A DNA stretch of 64,000 nucleotides from a virus (taxonomy: Duplodnaviria; Caudoviricetes): the IMG/VR virus record IMGVR_UViG_3300012952_003952, positions 96,001 to 160,000 of that record. The stretch is one strand, 5' to 3'. Of this stretch, positions 41,435-50,704 are shown piece after piece; the first letter of the stretch is position 1, and each line of letters begins with the position of its first letter. Position numbers and translations under genes: made by a program. The notes under the pieces are model-generated. The model saw nothing but the letters and a program-made list of their open reading frames with translations. It did no database searches and was not told the origin of the DNA.

Positions 41435-43084
41435 ATGAGTAAAAATCTTTATAATGAAGCTATCGCAGAAGCGAAACAACTGCGCGAGATGGCGGAACAA
41501 AACGCAAAAAACAAAATAATCGAAGCAGTAACCCCTAGAATTAGAGCTCTTATCGAACAGCAACTTATGGATGATGTCGAAGAAGAGTCCGACTTAGTAG
41601 TTGGCGAAGAGGGTGTTGCTGAAGACGAAGAAATAGAAATTGCAGTTGCCGACATAACCCCCCTTGCTGCCCCGGCTCCAGAAGTAGAAGCCGCTCCAAA
41701 AGTTTCAATCACAGTACAAGGTGATTTAGAAATGGCGCTTGGAGAAGAAGACAGCGAAGAAGACGAGGATTTGATTTTAAGTCAAGAATCATTCTTACGC
41801 TTAGAGAATTTTTTGCACAATGTGTCAAAAACAAAAAGCTTTTCTGATAGAGTAGTTAGTCTTGCTAAAAGATTTAGCATGCTTAGAGAAGCTATCGATG
41901 GAGTAAATCTTAACAGGTGTACTTCCATTGAAAAACAGACGGCCATTATTTTTTATGGTCGTCTATTAGAGGAAGCTATTATATTATCTGATAATTTAAT
42001 ACTTATGAAAGAGTCCATTGACAATAGACTCGAATTACAATTAACTCAACTAATAAAGGAGATGAGCAATATGTCTAGAAGACGTGACGCAGCAGCTTTC
42101 AGGAGACTCTTTGAAGAGTTAACCAAGGATGAGGGTCTTGAGGAAGTGGGCATGTACGAACAAGAAGAAGAAGAAGTCGAAGTAGAGGACGAAGAGGTCG
42201 TAGACGATGTAGAAGTAGCCGCTGAGCCAGATGTGGATGCAGCTGAAGATGCATTATTGGACCTTGGAGCAGCTCTTGGTCTCGACGTCGAAGTCGAGCA
42301 AGCAGAAGAAGAAGTGGAAGTCGACGTAGAGGAAGAAGAAGAGATCACTCTTGAGGGTGAGCACGCAGATGAAACTGATGAAATGGACGAAGTCTATGAA
42401 ATCGATGAAGCGTCTCTCCGTCGTGAACTTCTTAAAATGAGAAGACTTCGTGAGCAAGAAGAGGGAAGAGCTGCTGAGGCAGATCCTGCACTTGCCCATG
42501 GCGGTGATGATGAAGGAGACGTTATTATTGATGTCGACGAAGATGCTTTATTAAATGCATTGGCTGATGAGCTTGGTGATCCAGGCGTTCCAGAGCCACA
42601 AGTAGAAGCATTCATTCGCCGTAGACTTCGCAGAGCTAGCCGACAGCTAGCAGAATCGCAGAGACGCAACAGAAGAGTTTCTCGTCGTAGATCGGCTAGA
42701 AGAACTTCAGCTCCTGCATCTAACAAAAGAGCCGTTATGGCTGAAAGAACTGTTTCTAAATTAAAGAAGCAGCTTAACGAAATGAATCTTTTTAACGCTA
42801 AGCTTCTATTTGCTAATAAGCTCATGCAGAATCGTGGGCTTTCAACGAAGCAGCAACGCGTAGTCGTCGAGGCACTCGACAAGGCACGCACAATCAGAGA
42901 GGCTAAACTCCTTTATAAGAGTCTTAGCGCATCTCTAAATCGAGGTTCCGGTAAGACTCTATCTGAGAGTCGATCTCGATTGCTCGCATCTTCATCCAAA
43001 TCAACCCGGTCAGGCGCGCCTGCCAAAAGTGGGAATGAGGTAGATCGTTGGGCAGTACTCGCCGGACTTGCTTCCAAAAAATAA
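41435..43084 (+). CDS. Probable prohead scaffold/core protein (positional analogue of T4 gp22)
   Basis: Directly upstream of the capsid gene; very acidic core, Arg-rich stretch and C-terminal coiled coil (LNEMNLFNAKLLFANKL). Confidence 0.7.
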   Translation: MSKNLYNEAIAEAKQLREMAEQNAKNKIIEAVTPRIRALIEQQLMDDVEEESDLVVGEEGVAEDEEIEIAVADITPLAAPAPEVEAAPKVSITVQGDLEMALGEEDSEEDEDLILSQESFLRLENFLHNVSKTKSFSDRVVSLAKRFSMLREAIDGVNLNRCTSIEKQTAIIFYGRLLEEAIILSDNLILMKESIDNRLELQLTQLIKEMSNMSRRRDAAAFRRLFEELTKDEGLEEVGMYEQEEEEVEVEDEEVVDDVEVAAEPDVDAAEDALLDLGAALGLDVEVEQAEEEVEVDVEEEEEITLEGEHADETDEMDEVYEIDEASLRRELLKMRRLREQEEGRAAEADPALAHGGDDEGDVIIDVDEDALLNALADELGDPGVPEPQVEAFIRRRLRRASRQLAESQRRNRRVSRRRSARRTSAPASNKRAVMAERTVSKLKKQLNEMNLFNAKLLFANKLMQNRGLSTKQQRVVVEALDKARTIREAKLLYKSLSASLNRGSGKTLSESRSRLLASSSKSTRSGAPAKSGNEVDRWAVLAGLASKK

Positions 43085-43109
43085 TATAACAATATAAAGG
43101 AGATTTCAA

Positions 43110-45020
43110 ATGAGCAAGAAATTTACATTGGAGCAGTTAACCGAGGGTATTCGTCAACGTAACGTTGGATCGGGTAACAGTAGGTTAATTGAAAAGTGGT
43201 CTCGCACCGGTCTTCTCAGAGGACTTGAGGGCACTACTCGCGAAAACATGGCGGCACTGCTTGAAAATCAGGCATCCCAGGTTCTTCGTGAGGCTAACTC
43301 AATTTCCACCGGTGGTGGAAACTTAACTTCTTCTGGCGACCTCCGCGGTTTCCAGAACATAGCATTCCCAATCGTCCGTAGAGTTTTCGGCGGCTTGGTA
43401 GCTAATGAGCTTGTATCCGTACAGCCCATGAGCCTTCCATCAGGCCTCCTTTTCTATCTCGATTACACGTATGGAACTAATGTCGGTGGTGCAAATGCAC
43501 CTAAGGGTTCAACTTACGTCTCAGGAACTTCTATCTATAATGCACCTACAGGAAAGGGCGTTCGCTCCGGTTCTCTTGGAATCGGTGGACAGTACAACCT
43601 TGCAGGTTCTGGTTATTCCAGAGTCCACAAAGTTGCTACTAGTATCACTCTCCTCGCTTCTGGCGCGTTCATGGGAGACTCTACGTTCTCCGCAGGTGGT
43701 TCAGGCGCAAGACAAACTCAGCGTATGGTTGCTACTGGTTCTGACGGCAAGCTTCTACAGTTTGACGAGCAGATCTGTAGATTAATTGAAGATAACCCCA
43801 ACGCTGCTGGCGCTGGTGTTTTCAAAGCATACGTTGTTGATTTTGCTTCAGGCAAATTCGCAGATGCCGACACTAGTATGGTCAAAGACTTCGCTCTTAC
43901 ACCAGACGCAGGTGCTAACCCCACAATCCTCTCAAACACTCTGAAGTCAGAAGACGTTCAGGTCAGTGGTGATAACGTCCTTAACGTACGTCGTCTTAAC
44001 CAGTTAGGTAAGTGGAACAATGGTCAGTTCACCGCAGATCCTCTCGTAAAAGCTGGCGATTCTAACGCTGCGCTTCTATTGATTGTTTCTGGTGGTGGTG
44101 GCACTACTGATGCAACCGCTGAGCAGACTTATGACGTTGGTTATGTTCTTAGCCCAAGCTTGAATGCTGGATCTGATGGTGATACCCTTACGATTCCAAC
44201 TTTCGAGTCTAACTTTGCAACTACACCTTCTCCAGAGATCCCAGAGATCGATATCAAGGTAGAATCTATTGCGGTCACCGCGGTAACTCGTAAGCTTCGT
44301 GCTCGCTGGTCACCAGAACTCGCACAGGACCTAAACGCTTACCACAGCCTTGACGCTGAGGTTGAGCTTACTCAGATCCTTTCCGAGCAGATCGCACTTG
44401 AGCTTGACAGAGAAATTCTTAACGACCTTCTCACCCAAGCCAAGACCAACTTCTACTGGTCACGTGCACCTGGTAAGTTCATGAACAAGAGAAGTGGTAC
44501 TCTTATCACTCCCGGAGGCGCTGGTACTATTGGACCAAGCTTCACCGGTACTGTTCGCGAATGGTATGAGACGCTCGTTGAGACTATTATTGATGTTGCT
44601 AACGAAATTCACAGACTCACACTCCGTGGTTCAGCTAACTTCATCGTAGTTTCTCCAGACATCGCAACCATCCTCGAAGCATCCGTCCTCTACCGCCCAA
44701 GCTACAGCTTAGATGGTGATGGACAGGTCGGTACTCCAATGAGTATCGGAGCTGAGAAGGTTGGTACTCTAAGCAACCGCTTCACAGTCTACAAAGATCC
44801 TTACTTCCCACGGAACAAGGTACTTGTCGGATTCAAGGGTGGTAGCTACTTAGAGACTGGTTATGTCTATGCTCCATACGTACCGCTGATCGTTACGCCT
44901 ACTATCTTCGCTCCTGAGGACTTCACCCCAAGAAAGGGTGTTATGACTCGCTACGGCAAGAAGATGGTTCGTTCCGACTTCTACGGTACCGTTACTGTCG
45001 CAGACATGAACGTTATCTAA
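43110..45020 (+). CDS. gp23: Major capsid protein, copy 1 (T4 gp23-like, HK97 fold; 636 aa)
   Basis: QPMSLPSGLLFYLDY, TRKLRARWSPELAQDL, EQIALELDREI, YAPYVPL, KGVMTRYG motifs; strong AAGGAG SD; strongly biased codons. Confidence 0.95.
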   Translation: MSKKFTLEQLTEGIRQRNVGSGNSRLIEKWSRTGLLRGLEGTTRENMAALLENQASQVLREANSISTGGGNLTSSGDLRGFQNIAFPIVRRVFGGLVANELVSVQPMSLPSGLLFYLDYTYGTNVGGANAPKGSTYVSGTSIYNAPTGKGVRSGSLGIGGQYNLAGSGYSRVHKVATSITLLASGAFMGDSTFSAGGSGARQTQRMVATGSDGKLLQFDEQICRLIEDNPNAAGAGVFKAYVVDFASGKFADADTSMVKDFALTPDAGANPTILSNTLKSEDVQVSGDNVLNVRRLNQLGKWNNGQFTADPLVKAGDSNAALLLIVSGGGGTTDATAEQTYDVGYVLSPSLNAGSDGDTLTIPTFESNFATTPSPEIPEIDIKVESIAVTAVTRKLRARWSPELAQDLNAYHSLDAEVELTQILSEQIALELDREILNDLLTQAKTNFYWSRAPGKFMNKRSGTLITPGGAGTIGPSFTGTVREWYETLVETIIDVANEIHRLTLRGSANFIVVSPDIATILEASVLYRPSYSLDGDGQVGTPMSIGAEKVGTLSNRFTVYKDPYFPRNKVLVGFKGGSYLETGYVYAPYVPLIVTPTIFAPEDFTPRKGVMTRYGKKMVRSDFYGTVTVADMNVI

Positions 45021-45034
45021 ACCCTAACAGTGAT

Positions 45035-45062
45035 GGGGCGGTGCTCTAACGAGCACCGCTCT
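45035..45062 (+). promoter_or_regulatory. Stable RNA hairpin between the two capsid genes (no long U-tract)
   Basis: GGGGCGGTGCTC-TAAC-GAGCACCGCTCT: 9 Watson-Crick pairs extendable to 12 with G-U; followed by TGATC and the GGAG SD at 45068. Confidence 0.6.
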
Positions 45063-45081
45063 TGATCGGAGAAAATATAAT

Positions 45082-46965
45082 ATGTCTAAAAAATTTACAT
45101 TAGAACAACTAACTGAAGGAATTCGCCAACGTAATGTTGGTAAAGGTAATTCTAAGTTAGTTGAAAAGTGGTCTCGTACTGGACTTCTTCGAGGTCTTGA
45201 AGGTACCACTCGCGAGAACATGGCTTCTCTTCTAGAAAACCAGGCGTCTCAAGTTCTCCGCGAAGCTAACTCAATCTCTACCGGTGGAGGAAACTTAACT
45301 TCTTCTGGTGATTTAAGAGGCTTTCAAAACATTGCGTTTCCAATCGTCCGTAGAGTCTTTGGTGGATTAGTTGCTAACGAACTAGTTTCAGTTCAGCCTA
45401 TGAGCCTTCCTTCTGGTCTGCTCTTCTATCTAGACTATACTTACGGCACAAACGTTGGCGGTAATGATGATGCTGGTGATGAAGCCACTTATCCTTCCGG
45501 AAGCTCTATTTATAACGCCCCAACTGGAAAGGGCATTCGCTCTGGCTCGTTAGGCATAGGTGGACAGTACAACCTTGCAGGTTCTGGTTACTCTAGAGTT
45601 CGCCAAGTTGCCAATACGATTACGATCATGGCTTCCGGCGCATACAACGGAGGATCAACTTTTACTGCTGCTAAGAGATTGGCTGCTACCGGTTCAGATG
45701 GTAAACTTCTTCAGTTTGATCCACAGATCTGTAGGTTGATTGAAGATAATCCCAACGCTGCTGGCGCTGGTGTTTTCACCGCAATGTTCATTGACTTAAA
45801 CTCTACGCAGTTTAGCAATGGTGATCTTAGTATGGTTAAGGATTTCTCTCTTATTCCTTCTGGAACAGGTGGTCTTAACTTCAATGAGATAGCTCAAACG
45901 CTGAAAGATGAAGATATTCAGATTTCTGGAAAGAGAGTTGTTAACGTACGTCGTCTTAATCAATTAGGAAAGTGGGATGGAAGTAACTTCACGCATGATC
46001 CTTTAGTTAAGGCTGGCGATTCTAACGCAGCTATATTGATGATCGTTTCTGGTACTCGAATCATGGCAGATGGTGCAGACATAAACTATGTCTTAGCTCC
46101 AGATTTAAATGCTGGATCTGATGGTGACACTCTTACCATTCCAACTTTTGAATCTGACTTCGCGGCTTCTCCATCTCCTGAAATTCCAGAGATTGATATT
46201 AAAGTTGAGTCAATCGCAGTTACTGCAGTTACTAGAAAGCTTCGTGCTCGCTGGTCACCAGAACTTGCTCAAGACTTGAATGCATATCACTCTTTAGATG
46301 CAGAAGTAGAGCTTACACAGATCCTATCTGAGCAGATCGCTCTTGAACTTGACCGTGAGATCCTTAATGATCTACTTACCCAAGCTAAGACTAACTTCTA
46401 TTGGTCAAGAGCTCCCGGTAAGTTCATGAACAAGAGAAGCGGAACCCTCATTACTCCTGGTGGTGCTGGAACTATTGGACCAAGCTTCACAGGAACAGTC
46501 AGAGAGTGGTACGAGACCCTTGTCGAGACCATTATCGATGTTGCTAATGAGATCCACCGCCTGACTCTTAGAGGTTCAGCTAACTTCATCGTAGTGTCTC
46601 CAGACATTGCAACTATCCTTGAAGCCTCAGTTCTTTATCGTCCAAGCTACAGCTTAGACGGTGATGGACAAGTCGGCAGCCCGATGAGCATTGGCGCTGA
46701 GAACGTAGGTACTCTTTCAAACCGTTTCACGGTTTATAAAGACCCATACTTCCCGCGCAACAAGGTTCTCGTCGGATTCAAGGGCGGAAGTTATCTTGAG
46801 ACTGGATATGTATACGCACCTTATGTACCACTTATTGTCACTCCAACAATCTTCGCACCAGAAGACTTCACACCTCGTAAGGGCGTGATGACTCGATATG
46901 GTAAGAAGATGGTTCGTTCCGACTTCTATGGTACAGTTACTGTCGCAGACATGAACGTTATTTAA
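45082..46965 (+). CDS. gp23: Major capsid protein, copy 2 (T4 gp23-like; 627 aa)
   Basis: 123 of the first 127 aa and 262 of the last 264 aa are identical to copy 1; divergent middle; intact frame with its own SD. Confidence 0.93.
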   Translation: MSKKFTLEQLTEGIRQRNVGKGNSKLVEKWSRTGLLRGLEGTTRENMASLLENQASQVLREANSISTGGGNLTSSGDLRGFQNIAFPIVRRVFGGLVANELVSVQPMSLPSGLLFYLDYTYGTNVGGNDDAGDEATYPSGSSIYNAPTGKGIRSGSLGIGGQYNLAGSGYSRVRQVANTITIMASGAYNGGSTFTAAKRLAATGSDGKLLQFDPQICRLIEDNPNAAGAGVFTAMFIDLNSTQFSNGDLSMVKDFSLIPSGTGGLNFNEIAQTLKDEDIQISGKRVVNVRRLNQLGKWDGSNFTHDPLVKAGDSNAAILMIVSGTRIMADGADINYVLAPDLNAGSDGDTLTIPTFESDFAASPSPEIPEIDIKVESIAVTAVTRKLRARWSPELAQDLNAYHSLDAEVELTQILSEQIALELDREILNDLLTQAKTNFYWSRAPGKFMNKRSGTLITPGGAGTIGPSFTGTVREWYETLVETIIDVANEIHRLTLRGSANFIVVSPDIATILEASVLYRPSYSLDGDGQVGSPMSIGAENVGTLSNRFTVYKDPYFPRNKVLVGFKGGSYLETGYVYAPYVPLIVTPTIFAPEDFTPRKGVMTRYGKKMVRSDFYGTVTVADMNVI

Positions 46966-46984
46966 TAATTACGTCAAATAATAT

Positions 46985-47020
46985 TGAGGCGGCGTTTTTG
47001 ACGCCGCCTCATTTGTTTTA
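46985..47020 (+). terminator. Rho-independent terminator after the capsid pair
   Basis: TGAGGCGGCGT-TTTTG-ACGCCGCCTCA 11-bp stem followed by TTTGTTTTA. Confidence 0.88.
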
Positions 47021-47069
47021 TTAAACGTTTAATAAAGCAAGTTATAATATAATCAAATTGGAGTTTATC

Positions 47070-47354
47070 ATGGATGATACTACTAAAAACACAAGAGCTC
47101 GCTCTAGAAAACCCGCAGTTAAAAAAGAAGTTTCAAACTCTGCAGACACTAAAGCGCTTGAAAAAGCAGTGGCGTCTCTTACTAACAGATGCGACGCTTT
47201 AGAAGCAAGGTGCGCTAAATTAGAGAACGCTAAAACACCAAAAGCTTCTGGAAGCAACGATATTTCTGAAGCTAGATGGGAGAGCCTTAAGCTATTTTTA
47301 GAAAAGAAGTTTGGCAGAGATTGGTTAAAGCGCACCGGTATGTGGGAACTTTAA
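47070..47354 (+). CDS. Small hypothetical protein (94 aa)
   Basis: Start moved to ATG 47070, with GGAG at 47060-63; short coiled coil. Confidence 0.55.
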   Translation: MDDTTKNTRARSRKPAVKKEVSNSADTKALEKAVASLTNRCDALEARCAKLENAKTPKASGSNDISEARWESLKLFLEKKFGRDWLKRTGMWEL

Positions 47355-47492
47355 TTTTTTTGAAAAAAAATAAAGCTTTATCTAGACAAATTTATGTGAT
47401 TAATCACACGTAGAAATTTATTAGGGCAAAGTTTACGCTCGGTAACTATGGAAACTAGCTTAATAGTTAGTCATAGTTGCCGAGTTTTTTTT

Positions 47493-48683
47493 ATGTCATC
47501 ACAATTTTTTAAAACCTTAAAGCCTACTCCATTTGGATTCTTTGATGAAGAGCTAGCGTTTCAAAAAGAAGCGGATGCTATTGTCACTTATGTAAAGAGA
47601 AAATTAGGTGATGATATTTTGAGCGTGGAGCTTACTAAAAAGCAGATTTGGGCTTGCTTAGAAGAATCAACTCTAGAATATGGAGCCTTAGTAAATGAAT
47701 TTCAAACGAAATCTCAGCTAAGTAACGTGCTAGGAGCTTCTACTGGTTCTAATATTCAAGGAAAGTACGCGCACGAAACGCTAGACTTTATTTTAAGGCT
47801 AGCAGAGCCGTATGCTCAAGAAGGCGGATTTGGAGGGTCTTATAATACTTTGTCTGGCTCTATTAAACTAGAGAGCGGAAGACAAGATTATGACATGTAC
47901 GATGAGCTTAAAGATGAGAGTGGTAATTTAATTTTCTCTTCTAGCTTAAACGGGAACGGAGCGGGTAGAATGAAGATTATGGAAGTATTCCACTTCTCCC
48001 CTCAAGCAGCCTACAGATTTTTTGATACTACATCTGCAATAAACTATCTTAATAACGAATTTTCTTTTGAATCATTCACCCCCGAAACAGTATTTTATGT
48101 ACTTCCAGTATTTGAAGACGTTTTACGCGGCGGAATGATGGATATGTCTAATAGAGTAAGAAGATCTAATTTTTCTTATAGAACCCAAGGTACAAAAATT
48201 AGAATTTTCCCCACTCCAACTTTTGGCGATGGAAACGATGTCGCTGAGAAAAATAGAAAACTTTGGATAAGAGTTGGGTTTGGAAGCAATCCATTTGATC
48301 CAGCTTATAATGACGAAACTATCGATGGAGTCAGCGATTTTTCTAACATTCCTTATGATAATATAAAATATGAAAATATTAATAGCATGGGAAGGCACTG
48401 GATTAGAGAATATACCCTAGCTTCTTCCAAAGAGCTTTTAGGGTTGGTAAGATCTAAATTCTCTTCAGTTCCAATCCCAGGAGGAGATCTTCAGCTAGAT
48501 GGATCCACTTTAGTAACTCAAGGTAGAGAAGATAAAGATAAACTTAAGACAGACTTGAAAGAATTGTTAGATTCTTTAACTTATGATAAAATGCTTGAAG
48601 GAGAAGCAGGAAAAGCCGGTAATCTTCAAACCGTTCTTAAAACTGTTCCAATTCCTATGGGCAAAGCAATAGTGATAGGTTAA
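47493..48683 (+). CDS. gp13: Neck / head-tail adaptor protein (T4 gp13-like)
   Basis: WIREYTLASSKELLGLVRSKFSSVPIPGGDLQLDG C-terminal motif; position after the capsid genes. Start inferred at the second Met (47493). Confidence 0.7.
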   Translation: MSSQFFKTLKPTPFGFFDEELAFQKEADAIVTYVKRKLGDDILSVELTKKQIWACLEESTLEYGALVNEFQTKSQLSNVLGASTGSNIQGKYAHETLDFILRLAEPYAQEGGFGGSYNTLSGSIKLESGRQDYDMYDELKDESGNLIFSSSLNGNGAGRMKIMEVFHFSPQAAYRFFDTTSAINYLNNEFSFESFTPETVFYVLPVFEDVLRGGMMDMSNRVRRSNFSYRTQGTKIRIFPTPTFGDGNDVAEKNRKLWIRVGFGSNPFDPAYNDETIDGVSDFSNIPYDNIKYENINSMGRHWIREYTLASSKELLGLVRSKFSSVPIPGGDLQLDGSTLVTQGREDKDKLKTDLKELLDSLTYDKMLEGEAGKAGNLQTVLKTVPIPMGKAIVIG

Positions 48684-48690
48684 GGTTAGT

Positions 48691-49368
48691 ATGGCTCGCT
48701 TGTTTATAACTCCAAGAGAAATTGATCTAATCTCAGATATTAATAAGGAGATAGTCAAAGACGTTATCGGGCAAAGAGTCTACTATTACAAAGTTAGAGA
48801 AGAACTTTCTAACGTTCATGATGTTTACGAAGAGGCAATAGATAAGATATTCGACCCCCCTATAGACCTAGACGCAACAATTGAGTGGAATCAAGCTGAG
48901 ATAAGAACTAATCAATTCGGGTCTGAAGAATACAGCACTATTACGGTCTATGTGCAATATAGAGACATTTTAGATAAAGAAATAGACGTCGAAGAGGGAG
49001 ATTACGTAAGCTATGGAGACACTTTTTTCGAAATAGTCACGGCGGTCATTGATAGCACAATTTTCGGCGAAATAGAATATTCTACCGGGTATAAACTAAC
49101 ATGCAAACAAGCCAGAAAAGGCCTGATAGACAAAATTCCTCTTGGGCCTACTGATGAAGCTTACTCAGACGCTGATGCTGTAGAAAAAACGTTTGTCCAG
49201 CAGAGAGGATACACCGAAAACAAACTCGGTCCAACTGGAGACGTAAGAGCGCTTCAGCAACAAGGAAAATTGCAGCGTCCTCCGGAAGGGCCTGTTGAAG
49301 TTTCTCCAAAGGGAGACTCTAAAGGAATATCGTCAGCTTTTTATGGCGATGATGGAGAAGATTGCTGA
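48691..49368 (+). CDS. gp14: Neck / head closure protein (T4 gp14-like)
   Basis: EIVKDVIGQRVYYY...DVYEE motif; position between gp13-like and gp15-like genes. Confidence 0.65.
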   Translation: MARLFITPREIDLISDINKEIVKDVIGQRVYYYKVREELSNVHDVYEEAIDKIFDPPIDLDATIEWNQAEIRTNQFGSEEYSTITVYVQYRDILDKEIDVEEGDYVSYGDTFFEIVTAVIDSTIFGEIEYSTGYKLTCKQARKGLIDKIPLGPTDEAYSDADAVEKTFVQQRGYTENKLGPTGDVRALQQQGKLQRPPEGPVEVSPKGDSKGISSAFYGDDGEDC

Positions 49369-50642
49369 TGTCTACTAGAAAACAAACATCACCTAACTTT
49401 CTCCCCATGGGCGCAAGCATAGATTCAGAGCTTAACCTCCCGTCTTGCACTATTGAAGATGTCGATAGAGCGCTTTTTAATCTTTTTGATAAAGACTTAG
49501 ATTTAATTTATAAAGAAAAGAAAACAACTAGAAAAGTTCCAATTATTTTCGCAACTGGAGAAAGATTTGCAGTTCTCAGAAGAAAGCAGCCGCTTAGAGA
49601 TAAAGCTGGAGCAATTATTCTTCCGTTAATCTCTATTCAGAGGACTGGAATCGATCAAACCCCTTCAAAGGGAGCTGCTACAAACCAGAGTGCTCCTATC
49701 ACTATTAAGAAGAAGTTATCTCCTAGAGATTCTGCTTATCAACAGATTTTAAACAAAGAAAGATTACAAAATTCTGATGACAGAGCTACGCCTAATCACC
49801 AGCTAACCACTAAAGAAACAAAGGGCGGATTAGGGAGAGGTGCTGAGCCAGGAACGATTGCTACAAGAAGAAAAAGGCCAAACGAAAAATCTAATTTTAA
49901 GAATGGCAGACTAATATCTGATAGTATAGCAAACAACATATATGAGATCTATACCATGGAGCCTCCTAAGTATTATGTGGCAACCTACGAGATTACAGTA
50001 TGGGCACAATATACTCAGCAGATGAACGATCTTTTGACTGCTATTATGTCTTCTTATCATTCTTTTGGACAAAGGGTTTACAGAATAGAAACTGAAAAAG
50101 GCTACTTTTTCAGCGCATATTTTGCGTCAAGTATATCTACAAACAATAATTTTGATGATTTTACGGATAGTGAGAGAATAGTTAGAAATACGTTTACCGT
50201 AGAAGTTCCAGGTTATATCGTAAATCCTGATTATCCTGGATCCACTCCTACACACCGCAGATATATTTCTGCTCCATCTATAAGTTTTGATATGACTCAA
50301 GTGAACTCTGTTCCAGATAAAATTTTAGTTGAAGGAATCCCAAGTGGCAATCCAAATGACTACATATTGCAAGACGTAAAAACAAAAGATGATCCAGGTG
50401 TCGCAAGAGTGGCGGGTGGTAAAGCGGCAGTTCCAGGAAATTATTATAAAAATACTAGCGTGGGTGGTTCACAGGCTGGTAATACGCCATTAACGGTTAA
50501 GAGGGTAGAAATTGACCCTGTTACCGGGCAAACCATTAAAAAACAATTAACAATGACTACTAGAATCCAAAGAAAGGGTGAGACAGTTTATAAAGAATTG
50601 CTTACTCATGACTTAGGAGATTTAGTAATTGAACCAGAATGA
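49368..50642 (+). CDS. Tail terminator / completion protein (T4 gp15-like)
   Basis: TIEDVDRAL...KVPIIFATGERF...LPLISIQRTG...YEITVWAQY pattern; start at ATG 49368 (TGATG overlap, GGAG SD). Confidence 0.6.
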   Translation: MSTRKQTSPNFLPMGASIDSELNLPSCTIEDVDRALFNLFDKDLDLIYKEKKTTRKVPIIFATGERFAVLRRKQPLRDKAGAIILPLISIQRTGIDQTPSKGAATNQSAPITIKKKLSPRDSAYQQILNKERLQNSDDRATPNHQLTTKETKGGLGRGAEPGTIATRRKRPNEKSNFKNGRLISDSIANNIYEIYTMEPPKYYVATYEITVWAQYTQQMNDLLTAIMSSYHSFGQRVYRIETEKGYFFSAYFASSISTNNNFDDFTDSERIVRNTFTVEVPGYIVNPDYPGSTPTHRRYISAPSISFDMTQVNSVPDKILVEGIPSGNPNDYILQDVKTKDDPGVARVAGGKAAVPGNYYKNTSVGGSQAGNTPLTVKRVEIDPVTGQTIKKQLTMTTRIQRKGETVYKELLTHDLGDLVIEPE

Positions 50643-50659
50643 GATTTTTGAGTTTGAAA

Positions 50660-50669
50660 TGAATATTTA
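50660..50669 (+). promoter_or_regulatory. Putative late-promoter motif TGAATATTTA upstream of sheath 1
   Basis: Exact repeat of the motif at 35495 and 41382. Confidence 0.45.
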
Positions 50670-50704
50670 TGAAAGACAGCAAATATGCTTGAGGAGAGAT
50701 TTAA

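Noticed and set aside
45082-46965. Capsid copy 2 as a pseudogene or collapsed-strain artefact
   Set aside because: Intact frame, own SD, conserved protease site, heavy synonymous divergence and a unique spacer argue against this; read-level confirmation is still needed.
15728-49367. Upstream start codons given by the ORF track (15728, 37513, 47058, 47448, 49362)
   Set aside because: Downstream ATGs (15779, 37537, 47070, 47493, 49368) fit SD position or stop-start coupling better; the 47493 choice is the least certain.
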